From the NCBI RefSeq assembly GCF_006345805.1, contig NC_042997.1:12772001-12836000 (forward strand): a DNA stretch of 64,000 nucleotides, in the 5' to 3' direction. The position numbers and the translations under genes were made by a program. Numbering within the stretch: the first letter of the stretch is position 1; each line of letters begins with the position of its first letter. The notes under the pieces are model-generated. The model had not been told where the DNA came from. It saw only the letters and a program-made list of their open reading frames with translations, and made no database searches. The stretch comes from Octopus sinensis (Eukaryota). Below are positions 52,563 to 63,572 of the stretch, one piece after another.

Positions 52563-52730
52563 CTATATGTATATATATGTATATATATGTATACATGTAT
52601 ATATATATATATATATGTATACATATATGATATATATATATATGTATACATATATATATATATATATAATATATGTATACATATAGTATATATATATATA
52701 TATATATACTATATAATATATATATATAAT
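51612..52730. repeat. ~1.1-kb interrupted (TA)n array
   Basis: Read directly from the sequence. Confidence 0.95.
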
Positions 52731-52759
52731 CAAAATAAGCAACAGGATATTAAGAGGGG

Positions 52760-52848
52760 ATGCAGTACGACCGTTTCAAGCGGCCCCATTTAATTGAACA
52801 ATGCAATGATTTACATCAATTTAAATGCAGGGCTATCATCAGCTGCAT
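52760..52848 (-). ncRNA. Type I hammerhead ribozyme motif with extended stem II
   Basis: ATGCAG CTGATGA TAGC...GCTT GAAA CG GT CG TA CTGCAT: 6-bp stem I, 3-bp stem III, GUA triplet. Confidence 0.7.
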
Positions 52849-53174
52849 AAATAAATCGAATGTTGTTAAACAGTTGGTCATACTAATATAATCTTACTCA
52901 AAATCTCTAATAGAGCAAGAAGTGGAAGAAAGTTCATATTGCTACTAATGTCATTCAGAACATTCTACACTTCTCAGAGCTGTATGAAGTTTGTTAGTGT
53001 CATAACTTGTAAATGATTTTAGTTCGCCTTTAATTTATTAGTCTTTTTTTTATCGACTACCAAATCTAAGGCTAGAGGACAGTGTCTGTTTTGAATGGAT
53101 AGACAGAGTGAGTTGACTGTTCGTAGTTGGGTATGGTCATAAATATTGTCAGGATTTAGAAAACATATAAGTAA

Positions 53175-53567
53175 TCTTTATATATAAAAGAAAGGTTGTG
53201 TGTCTGTCTACTCCGATTTAGATTCCTAACTACTCCTACATTTTGCGGTGCAGTTTAACCCAAACCGGGTATCTTATAGTCGTGATTCATATCAAGCCTT
53301 TCTGGGTATTAGCGCGCGTCTACGATGAGTCTACGATTTAAAAAAAAGATTTACCTTCATTTTTTCCATTTTAATGCATATTTTTTAAAATATAAGGGAA
53401 GTAACTCTCTAAAAATGTCTACGATGAGTCAACGATTAAAAAAAAAATTACCATAATTTTGTTTCCATTTTTAATGCATTTTTTGCTATTTTTTGGCTAT
53501 AACTCTCTAAAAATGCTTTATAGTTATTTCCCTTACAAACCCGAGCAACGCCGGGCGATACTGCTAG
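53175..53567 (+). mobile_element. Non-autonomous Helitron (393 bp)
   Basis: A|TC 5' end, CCCGAGCAACGCCGGG hairpin 8 nt before CTAG|T, internal ~100-bp duplication. Confidence 0.8.
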
Positions 53568-53589
53568 TTATCTATAAAGGAGGCTGGCT

Positions 53590-53758
53590 ATATATATACG
53601 ACGGGCTTCTTTCAGTTTTCGTCTACTAAATCCACTCACAAGATTTTGGTCGCCTCAAGGCTATGATAGAAGATACTTGCTCAAAGTGCCACGCAGTAAA
53701 AGAGAACCGGGATCCATAGGGTTAGGAAGCAAGCCTCTTACAACGTAGCCATGCCTCC
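53590..53758 (-). mobile_element. Decayed SINE B 5' half
   Basis: CGACGGGCTTCTTTCAG...AAATCCACTCACAAG...GCCACGCAG. Confidence 0.7.
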
Positions 53759-53769
53759 GCAATGCATAA

Positions 53770-53990
53770 TTATTATTTGAAAATTTGGCACAAGTCCAGC
53801 TAGTTCGAAGGCGAGGTTAAGGCGATCACAGAGACCTCAGTGCTCAACTGGTATTTATTTTATCAACCACACATGATCGAAAAGCAAAATCGATCCCGGC
53901 GAAACTTGAACTCAGAACATAAAGACTGACAAAATGCTGATAAGCATTTTGACCGGCATTCTACCGATTCTGTCAGCTCACTGCTTTATA
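53770..53990 (-). mobile_element. Decayed SINE C
   Basis: AACTGGTATTTATTTTATC...TTGAACTCAGAAC...AAGCATTTTGACCGG. Confidence 0.65.
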
Positions 53991-54003
53991 CTCAGCATGC
54001 ACA

Positions 54004-54398
54004 TTCTTTTCTACTCTAGGTAAGACCCGAAATTTTGGGCGAGGGTTCCAATCGATTAGATAGACCCCAGTACGCAATTGGTACTTAATTTATCGACGCC
54101 GAGAGGATGAAAGGTAAAGTCGACCTCTGCGGAATTTGAACTCAGAACGTAGCGGCAGACGAAATATCTATTTCTTTACTACCCACAAGGGGCTAAACAC
54201 AGAGATGACAAACAAGGACAAACAATCGGATTAAGTCGATTACATCGACCCAGTGCGTAACTGGTACTTAATTTATCGACCCCGAAATGATGAAAGGCAA
54301 AGTAGACTTCGGCGGAATTTGGACGCACTAAGTAGCGGCAGGCGAAATACCACCAAGCATTTCGCCCGGTGTGCTGACGTTTCTGCCAACTCACCGCC
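54004..54398 (-). mobile_element. SINE C dimer (tail-1 + tail-2)
   Basis: Junction at ~54168; same arrangement as 440-822. Confidence 0.85.
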
Positions 54399-54554
54399 TT
54401 ACTCAGCATATATAGTGATTAAAAATGTACGTATAATTAATAAAGCTACATGAACAGGGATACGAACCGATTGTAATCATCTGGAAATCATATAGAAACA
54501 ATAAATCTATGATGAATATATTCGCCTCTGACATCGCCTAACTTAATATATATA

Positions 54555-56177
54555 CAGTTGCGGCCAAAATGTTCAGAACGGCATTGTTTTCGTCAGAAAA
54601 GTAGGTATAAGTTTTTATTAAAGTTGTTTTATTCTCTATAATTTTCACAGACAATAAATACAATATTAATTGGTATTTTCTGAGATTTTGGTGTAATTTG
54701 AGTGGATAATACAAACGTTATGGATGATATAGGGATTTACTGCAAAACCCATGGTGGCCAAATGATCAGAACGGTTGAAACAATAACAAAATAGTCAAAA
54801 AGTGACAGAGAATGCTGGAATTATTTAATATTTAGTGTGAAGCCCTTTAGCTTCAATCAAAGTTGACATTTTTGACTGCATGGGGAAATTAAATTTTCAA
54901 TTTCTTGCTGGGTGGTCTTATTCCATTCTTCCTGAAGGGCATTCCATAATTGCTCAGTTGTTTTAGGATTTCTGGCTTTCAAACGTTCTTCTAGAATATT
55001 CCACACATTTTCAATAGCATTGAGGTCTGGGCTTTGAGCAGGCCAATCCATAACAATAACCTTTTCAGCCTTGAGGAAGTTCATGACCACCTTAGCCTTG
55101 TGACATGGGGCATTGTCCTGCATGAATATGGGTGGTTGCATAGTTGAATTTCTCAGCACAGGCAAGACATGATCTTTTACAAGTTGTTTATAAACTCCTG
55201 CATTTACCTTTCCATGTAATCGCAGCAAAGGGCCCACAACATTTCCAGACATCATCCCCCAAACCATTACACATATTCCACCGAATTTAACACTAGTCTT
55301 AAGGCATTTAGGTGACAATTTTTCACCTGCTTTTCGACCTGCTTTTCCCATCTGAGCCAAATAACATAGACTTAGATTCATCACTGAAATGCACCGTTTG
55401 CCATTTTTCTTGAGACCACAACACATGTTCGATTGCAGAGGTAAGACGACACTTTTTATTCTTGGAGCTGATCAGTAGATTCACTGCAGGTGCTCTTGCT
55501 TGTAGGTCATGTTCAACTAAAGGACGAGACTCAGTTTTTCGAGATAAAATTTTCTTCAGTACAATGCTCATTTCCCGAAAAACAGCAGCAGCAGTTTTAG
55601 ATCTGTCCTTTCTAACCAACTTTACCATAGCACGATATTCTCTCTTGGTCGTTTTTCATGGCCTACCTGTAGCCTTTCTTGCTTCACACGAACCACAATC
55701 ATCGAAGACCTTAAGAATACCGTGAACAACACTTTTTGACTTGTTAACCATATTTGCAATAGACCTAATACTTAAATTATCTTTCTTTCGAAGCTTAATA
55801 ATCTGCTGACGAATCGGTAACGGAGTAAGTGGCATTATATTAACAAAGTACACTGCAGATATTCTTACTAATGTTTAGTAAACGAACTGTCACGTAAACA
55901 AATTCAAAACATTAGAGTTCGACGGTTAAATATACTAAAAGATGGAGTAAAAGCAACCGTTCTGATTATTTTGGCCGCCATGGGTTTTGCAGTAAATCAC
56001 TAAATCATCCATAACTTTTTTATTATCCTCTCAAATTACACCACAATCTCAGACAATAACAAACAATATCGTATTTACTGTCTGTGAAAATTATAGAATA
56101 TAAAACAACTTTGATAAAAACTTATACCTACTATTCTGACGAAAACAATGCCGTTCTGAACATTTTGGCAGCAACTG
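54555..56177 (-). mobile_element. Full-length Tc1-family DNA transposon, IR/DR type (1623 bp, TA TSD)
   Basis: TA|CAGTTGC...GCAACTG|TA. TIRs of ~223 bp (54555-54777, 55954-56177), each with outer and inner GGCCAAA(A)TG(T/A)TCAGAACGG-like repeats. Confidence 0.95.
54825..55835 (-). pseudogene. Tc1 DD34E transposase, inactivated
   Basis: MPLTPLPIRQQII..HTH..GRP*KTT (TGA at 55656-58), FSDES, VMVWG, MQDNAPCH-34 aa spacing-DLNAIEN, ending KGLHTKY*. One stop and two frameshifts (~55335, ~54865). Confidence 0.92.
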
Positions 56178-56193
56178 TATATATATTAGACTA

Positions 56194-56940
56194 CTAGTGA
56201 CCCGCTGGCTCACTGGGAAAGTCTGAGTTTCTCAGCAATAGTGTATTGTTTCGTAGGTTTTTTTTTCTTTACCAGGTTATTTCGCATGCTTTCAGCGAAT
56301 ATGACATCGAAATCATGCGTAAACGGCTCCCTTCCCCAGAAAAGGAATGATTTGCGTGTTATTTCTTGCACACCCTACTACCACGTAACAAGTACTTGGA
56401 GTCCTTTATCGCAAATAGTTATTACGCGGTAGCAGGGCGTGATAGAAATAGTAGCCAAATCTTTGATTGTGAGATACGTTGAATGCACTCGAAAAATACC
56501 TATAGAAAAAAAATTATTCCACACCGAGGTTACGAAATATGTACCGTATTTTAAAAGTCATTTTCAATTTTAAATATTTTTTAATATGCCCGCCCCCAAT
56601 TTTTTGTAATGATATTCACTTGAAAATAATTTTAAAAAACATTAAAATTGTTAGTTTAAAGAAAGCTAAGACATAAATGCTTACAGTACAAACACCAGCT
56701 TGCATTTTTGAAATCGTATTCACTTAAAAATATTTCTAAATGATTAAAATATTGCTTAACAAAACCGAAAATAAGAACAATTATTGTAAGCACAAATCGT
56801 ATTTTTCGTTGTCAAGTCACTGTGTCTGATCGAAACGTAAGAGTTTCTTCCCTTTCGGGATTAAATAATTTTCGGAATATTTTCCAGTTATACACCGTTT
56901 TGGCTATTTATACCCCGAAAACCCCTAATATATATATGTT
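56194..56940 (-). mobile_element. Probable non-autonomous Helitron
   Basis: Minus-strand 3' end CCCAGTGAGCCAGCGGGTCACTAG|T; the 5' TC end is not clearly preserved. Confidence 0.45.
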
Positions 56941-57179
56941 AATACTAATAGCATGACAACAAAAAAATGAATGAGACCTCGATATTATGTAAATAGAGGA
57001 ATTTATCTGTAATATAATATGTGACAATTATTCGGTCGTCATAATAAAACTCCGAGTTTCGGATGTCGGGGCGGAAATCTGCTCCGGCATCTTGTCAGTT
57101 ATTAAGACAAAAAAATGCTATGAAAATGACCGTTAAATAAAGGGGAAAACCCGAAAGGAGAAAGTAAAAATGCTCATAG

Positions 57180-57470
57180 AATTTGCATATGCGCGCATAT
57201 ACATGCGTTCACATGCGCGCACGCACACTCATGTACATGGGACTATATGCGTATGCTCACTCAGACTCGCGTGAAACACATACATGCACACCCACAAATA
57301 CGTCTATATGCGTACATATATATGCAACCATACACATGTACACATATACATACCCGCACACACATACACACACACAAACGTACACATATACATACCCGCA
57401 CACACACACATATATACCCATACGCACGCGATTATTTCTTATTCACGTCTATATATGCACATGCACAAAA
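57180..57470. repeat. (CA)/(CG)/(TA)-rich low-complexity tract
   Basis: Read directly from the sequence. Confidence 0.85.
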
Positions 57471-57575
57471 AATGTAGGGTGAAGGATAATATACAGAAAA
57501 ATGTGTAAAAATATATAAAGCAATATAATATATAATGATATATATATAATATTTAAATACATGCATATAAAATAT

Positions 57576-57819
57576 ATTATAATTTACGGTATCTAAGAGA
57601 TACCTCCACGCTGGAAATAGCAGCCAAATCTTGACTCTAAAACCACATTAAATGTTCATACAGCACCAGGAGAAAAGACAAATGGACAAGATGATCTAGC
57701 AAATTTTTTGCTAGTTCATCTTTTCCTGGTGCTGTATGAACATTTAATGTGGTTCAAGAGTCAAGTTTTGGGTGATATTTCCAGCGTGGAGGTATCTCTT
57801 AGATACCGTAAATTATAAT
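57576..57819. repeat. 244-bp near-perfect palindrome (MITE- or fold-back-like)
   Basis: Arms of ~115 bp pair almost to the centre, with one ~13-nt bulge. Confidence 0.9.
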
Positions 57820-58540
57820 TTTAATAATAATTATTACCTTTGGAGGTTTTTATTCCCATGCTGGCCACTTGATAAGAAGATAATTAAATTAACGAATTTA
57901 TCCTTATTCATATATAAAAAAAAAAATATATATATATAGAACATTGAACAATGTTCTATATATATATATATAGAACATTGACCAATGTTCTGTAAATTGA
58001 CCATTGTTTCATTTGCTTCGTTATTGTATAGTACTGCAACTTCAGTTCCGTTATCAATAGAGATATTCTGGCATGCTTGGTCGAGTAGGCAAGTATCTTG
58101 ATCTCTATAGTTACATTTTGGTGTAGACACCTGGTGTGATTTGCGGATAATAGTATTTTTCATTTTGAGTCAAGAAACAAGAATCTTCACTGAGCGTCTA
58201 TTAAAATCTGTTTTTTAACTGTAGCTACTAGAGAAATTTTTATCTATGGGGCAAGGAATTTTCTACATACCTTTGGTATAGTATTCAAAGATAAATGTGG
58301 AGCGAGCCGTTTAATCTTAGTAGGTTTATTCTTAAACTTCATACACTTTCTTGTAGGAGCTATTTTCTCAATGAAGCCACCGATAGACATGCATTTATTA
58401 CAGTATAAGCTGTTTTATCAAATAATTTCTTAGAAGAAGAGAGATATATCCTGGTATTAGCTATAAACTTTTTTTTTTTAAGTTACGTTTATATATTTGT
58501 CTTACAAGATTCTTGATGTGAATTCGTGTATTGAAACATA

Positions 58541-58808
58541 TATTGTTGTATTTAGGGATGGTCATGTTGCCAGTTTAGCCAATAAAACCAAACGCACTAT
58601 ATATTTTTGTGTTAATTTGCTTCAGCTTTATTTTATTTTTTAAATTAATCGTATTTCGGCCACAATTCTTTCATTACACTTCTGTGACCTCATCAGTAGT
58701 CCGTTATTTCTTCTTTCTTATTTGTGTGAGAAAATTAACACCCAATATATAGTGCGTGTGTTTTTATTGGCTAAACTGGCAACATGACCATCCCTAAATA
58801 CAACAATA
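58541..58808. repeat. 77-bp inverted repeat enclosing a hammerhead core
   Basis: Arms at 58541-58618 and 58732-58808; CTGATGA-GGTCACA..TGTGGCC-GAAA at 58696-58654 on the minus strand. Confidence 0.8.
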
Positions 58809-59544
58809 ATTTTTTTTAAATGTTATAGTTAAAAACAAAGGTGGCGTTGACTAGAGGGTTTATGTATATGTGCGGGCCTTTCTCCGAATGTATTGTAGGG
58901 ATGTAAGAGTAGAGGATTATCTCTCGAGAAGCATGTAAGTAACTGACTTCAGATAAGTTTGTAGCGACAGCCATTTTAAAGTTTTTATTTATCAAAGATA
59001 GACATTAAATTTTTCCTAAATATATCAAGGGTATGAACATCACAGCTATGAGATATCTCTAATCCATCGTCACGGTATAGATTAATGTCATGAGAAGAGA
59101 AATATAATATTAGCATATCTAATATACAGAGACGTAAAGAGTGCGTGTGTGTGTGCGCGCGCGAACCAAATTATGCGTGTGTGTGTGTGCTAAAATATGT
59201 GTGTTTGTGTACGTTTGAATGTGTGTAGCCTCATGAATTATTAGAAGATTGTTAGACGGCGTACTGAATAATATTCTCTATCGAGTAAGAAATACTATTA
59301 AAAGGTAAACACACTTTGGAGGAATTTTGTGATTTTGGTATAGTATATTTCAATAGAGAAAGGGATGAGGACAGTAGCTGAAGTTAGGGACCAAAATATT
59401 ACGTTAATTCTCTCAGAATGTTTCCTTCACAAACTCGAAGACGTATACACATACACACTACGGAAGCACATACGCACTCACGCACATGCGTACAAACACG
59501 TATATATTTAGTTTACGCTATTTAATATTACCCATATCGATGAA

Positions 59545-59546
59545 AG

Positions 59547-59628
<82 letters not shown>

Positions 59629-59847
59629 TATGTGTGTATCTACGTGTATAGAATGAAGCATACATACAAATATGTATCTGCAACTATAATTGTATGGGAG
59701 AGATATGCATAGAATATTTACACACATTATATATATATTTACATATATCATATATATGTATATAAATATGTGTGTGTTCGCATTCATATATATAAGTATA
59801 TATACATATATATATATGCATACATATACATATATACACACACAGAT

Positions 59848-59904
<57 letters not shown>

Positions 59905-59941
59905 GTATATATATATATATGAAATGCACACACATATTATA

Positions 59942-59988
<47 letters not shown>

Positions 59989-59990
59989 TT
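59545..59990. repeat. Compound (TA)n/(TG)n tract
   Basis: Read directly from the sequence. Confidence 0.9.
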
Positions 59991-60407
59991 ACACCTCCAG
60001 CCAAATGTACTACTTACTCGTGGAAACGTTCATCATCCACCAAGTCATACCCTGTCCCGGAACTTAAAGCTAATTCGTTAATTATTCTCAATTTATGTGA
60101 TTCACATTTCTTCCATACTGGAACATTGCTTCAGGCATAATCTTCCGTAAAACCGCGTTAATAAGTGAGTTCAACCATATTGTAATTTCTGGCAATTCAC
60201 AAGAAGCATATATTTTTAATCAGCAATACTTGTTAGCATTTTTTCATACAATAAACTAATGAATGACACTTTCTTAACTAAAACTTAAATAGAATCATAT
60301 AACATAGATTTTGCGCTCATTGAACCCCTGGTTTCCGACAGGATTGTACAGTTTGAGAAGGAGCAGTTAAATTAAGAGCATACCTGCTCTACACAAGCAC
60401 ATACACG

Positions 60408-60471
<64 letters not shown>

Positions 60472-60839
60472 GCACAAGCACACACGCACACATACATAAT
60501 TTCTCTGAAACAAATATTTCTACTTGATGTAAAGATTCATTGTAACGTAATAATAAGCTGCTATTTTATCCATGTCAAAAAATACAATGTCCATAATAAA
60601 AAGAATGTAGGAGTTATGTACTGATTTGTAATAATTAAAAGTTTACTGTTATTGAAATAAAATGAACATTTCAAGTAAGTAAGTTCTCTCAGAGAAAGAA
60701 AAAAACTGTTTATTTTGTACTTGTGTATGTGAACAAAACACAAGCATATTCACAAAAAGAATCGACATTTGAAAAGAAATAAGAAGGCACTTGAATTAAT
60801 GTTAAATAACGTTTGAAAGTGTTTAAAATTTTATGCTCT

Positions 60840-60910
<71 letters not shown>

Positions 60911-62034
60911 CGGGCAGCGGAGGGGTCTAATGTTTCCACATTCTGATTATTAGCTGTCAGTTTCGATGTCGTTAGCTATATATATATGTATATATATATG
61001 TATATATATATATATATAGAAACCTTCCCCATCAAAGAGCCATTTCATTCAAATAGTGTTATATTATAGTGCCATTTAGCCCTGGATGTACGGTTACTTA
61101 TAGCAGAAATAGATATAAGCGCTTGAGAGTAATTTCGTATTATCTGCTCTTTTTCTTTCACACACACACATACACATATGCACATACACACATGCATATG
61201 CACACACATGCATATCCACACACACATATGAATATAGATGGGTTCGACCTCACCTTGGACACGTTTGGTGAGTGCATCCACTATACTGAAGAGTCGACTA
61301 AATGCGTGAAATGAAACGAATAAAGGGGCGAGTATCGTGTAGACAGAAACACTGGACGAATTACTCCTGTGTCAAACTTCTTAATTAGACCATGCTAATT
61401 TTATTTTGTAAGAATACTCGATCATTTGAACCTATAATTGAATTAGATGGACATCTTGGGTCTCAATAATAACTCAAAGAAGGATGCAAGTTGTGCACCA
61501 ATAAACCAGAAAATAAACACACCTGCTGTTTATACAAAACGCTCTTTGTTTTCCCGAGTGACTGAATTATAGAAATAGTGCAATTCCATTGTCGCAGATA
61601 CTCAAACGAAATGAAATGTCCACTGATCTTTTATTCCTCCTTGTGCTTAAAAAAAGGCACAAAATAATATCATGCAAAAAAGTCATTGTGATATAGGTTT
61701 CACTCTCAACATCATTGAATATTTGAAATTGCCAGCAAGCTATAAGAAGGCAAAGTTATAGTCGTCAACGGAACGTGACTAAGGGTGTTAAGACACCTAC
61801 ATCGGTCGGTGTTCGGAGCGAAATCAGCCCCTATCAGAACTCTATGGTATGTGCTTTATAACAGTACTGGAGCATTTTAGCACTGACTTCTAGCAGTGTA
61901 GAACTTGACATCCTTAGTCACGTTTAGTTGGCTACTATGATCTCACTTTACGGTTTAACATTGAAAAATAGCTGTTTTAATTTTTTGTATATATATAAGC
62001 GATCTGCTGAATCATTCATAATTTTTTATTTTTT

Positions 62035-62674
62035 TTATTTTCTACTCTAGGCACAAGACCCGAAATTTTCGGGTAGGAGGGAAGTGATTAGATCGATTCC
62101 ACTACGCAACTGGTACTTAATTTATCCACCCCGAAAGGATGTAAGGCAAAGTCAACCTCAGCAGAATTGGAACTCAGAACGTAAAGAGAGTCGAAATACC
62201 GCTAAAGCATTTCGCCCGGCATGCTAACGTTTCTTATTTCTTTACTGCCCACAAGGGGCTACAAACAAAGGGGACAAACAAGGACAGACAAACGGATTAA
62301 GTCGATTATATCGACCCTAGTGCGTAATTGGTACTTATTTAATCGACCCGGAAAGAATGAAAGGCAAAATCGACATCAGCGGCATTTGAACTCAGAACGT
62401 AACAGCAGACGAAATAGGGCTATGCATTTCGCCCGGCGTGTTAACGATTCTTATTTCTTTATTGCACACAAGAAGCAAAAAATAGGGGGACAAACAAGGA
62501 CAGACAAAGGAATTAAGTGGATTACATCGATCCCAATGCGTAAATGGTACTGTGTCGACCCCGAAAGAATGAAAGGCAAAGTCGACCTCGGCAGAATTTG
62601 AACTCAGAACGTAACGGCAGACGAAACACTGCTAAGCATTTCGCCCGGTGTGCTAACGTTTCTGCCAGCTCGCC
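62035..62674 (-). mobile_element. SINE C trimer (tail-1, tail-1, tail-2)
   Basis: Three cores, with junctions at 62233/4 and 62450/1. Confidence 0.85.
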
Positions 62675-63089
62675 ACATTATCCATAATTTTTTTATGCTG
62701 TAAACATGTATTCTGATGAACGAGGTAGCCCGGAATCAGCAGAACGAGGCTTACTGACGATGGCTAAGTAAATAGCCAAAACTGGCCGGAAAGTCTAGAG
62801 AATTCTCGGTTCGGTGTTCGGAGCGATTGTAGACTCAATCAAAATGTATGCTGTGTTTTGTAACATTATTGGTGGATTTTAGCTCCAATTTCTAGCCATG
62901 CAGGTGACCTGACACCCTTTGCCACGCTTGGTTGATGACTATAAATTTCTTTGACGGTAGAACATTGCAAATAACTGTTTATATTTATACATATATATTA
63001 CATACATATATACACACACACACATGCACACAAACACACACACACACACATATATATATGTATATTTATATATACATATATACATAGAT

Positions 63090-63138
<49 letters not shown>

Positions 63139-63244
63139 TTTATTTTTATATATATATATATATATATAAAGAGATATAAAGAGAAAGAGAAATTAAATTG
63201 GAGTAGTTTTAGTGAAGCAATGTGTGATATCAATTTAAGAGATT

Positions 63245-63422
63245 TGTTATGTAAGGGCGGAACAATGCGAGATGTTATAAAGTAAACTGCAAAAAGATAA
63301 AACGAAAACAAAATTGTACTTTTACCTTATATTTCTATATTTCGGAGCTATGGTACCTTCATCAGGACATTCTTTTTTGTAATTTACTTTGTATCTTCTC
63401 GCATTGTTCCACACTTACCAAC
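63245..63422. repeat. ~50-bp imperfect inverted repeat enclosing a hammerhead motif
   Basis: Arms at ~63245-63297 and 63371-63422; ATGTC CTGATGA A GG..CC GAAA TA TA GAAAT at 63370-63331 on the minus strand. Confidence 0.7.
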
Positions 63423-63467
63423 ATGTCTCTTTAAGATATATGCGTACTGTCACTCTTTCACTCTCCC

Positions 63468-63509
<42 letters not shown>

Positions 63510-63525
63510 TAATATATATATATGA

Positions 63526-63572
<47 letters not shown>

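Noticed and set aside
57935-57990. Two AGAACATTG-NN-CAATGTTCT palindromes resembling steroid response elements
   Set aside because: The half-site spacer is 8 nt rather than 3, and the pair is a local duplication within (TA)n.
61283-61315. CTGAAGA...GAAA motif
   Set aside because: No stem II or stem I pairing.
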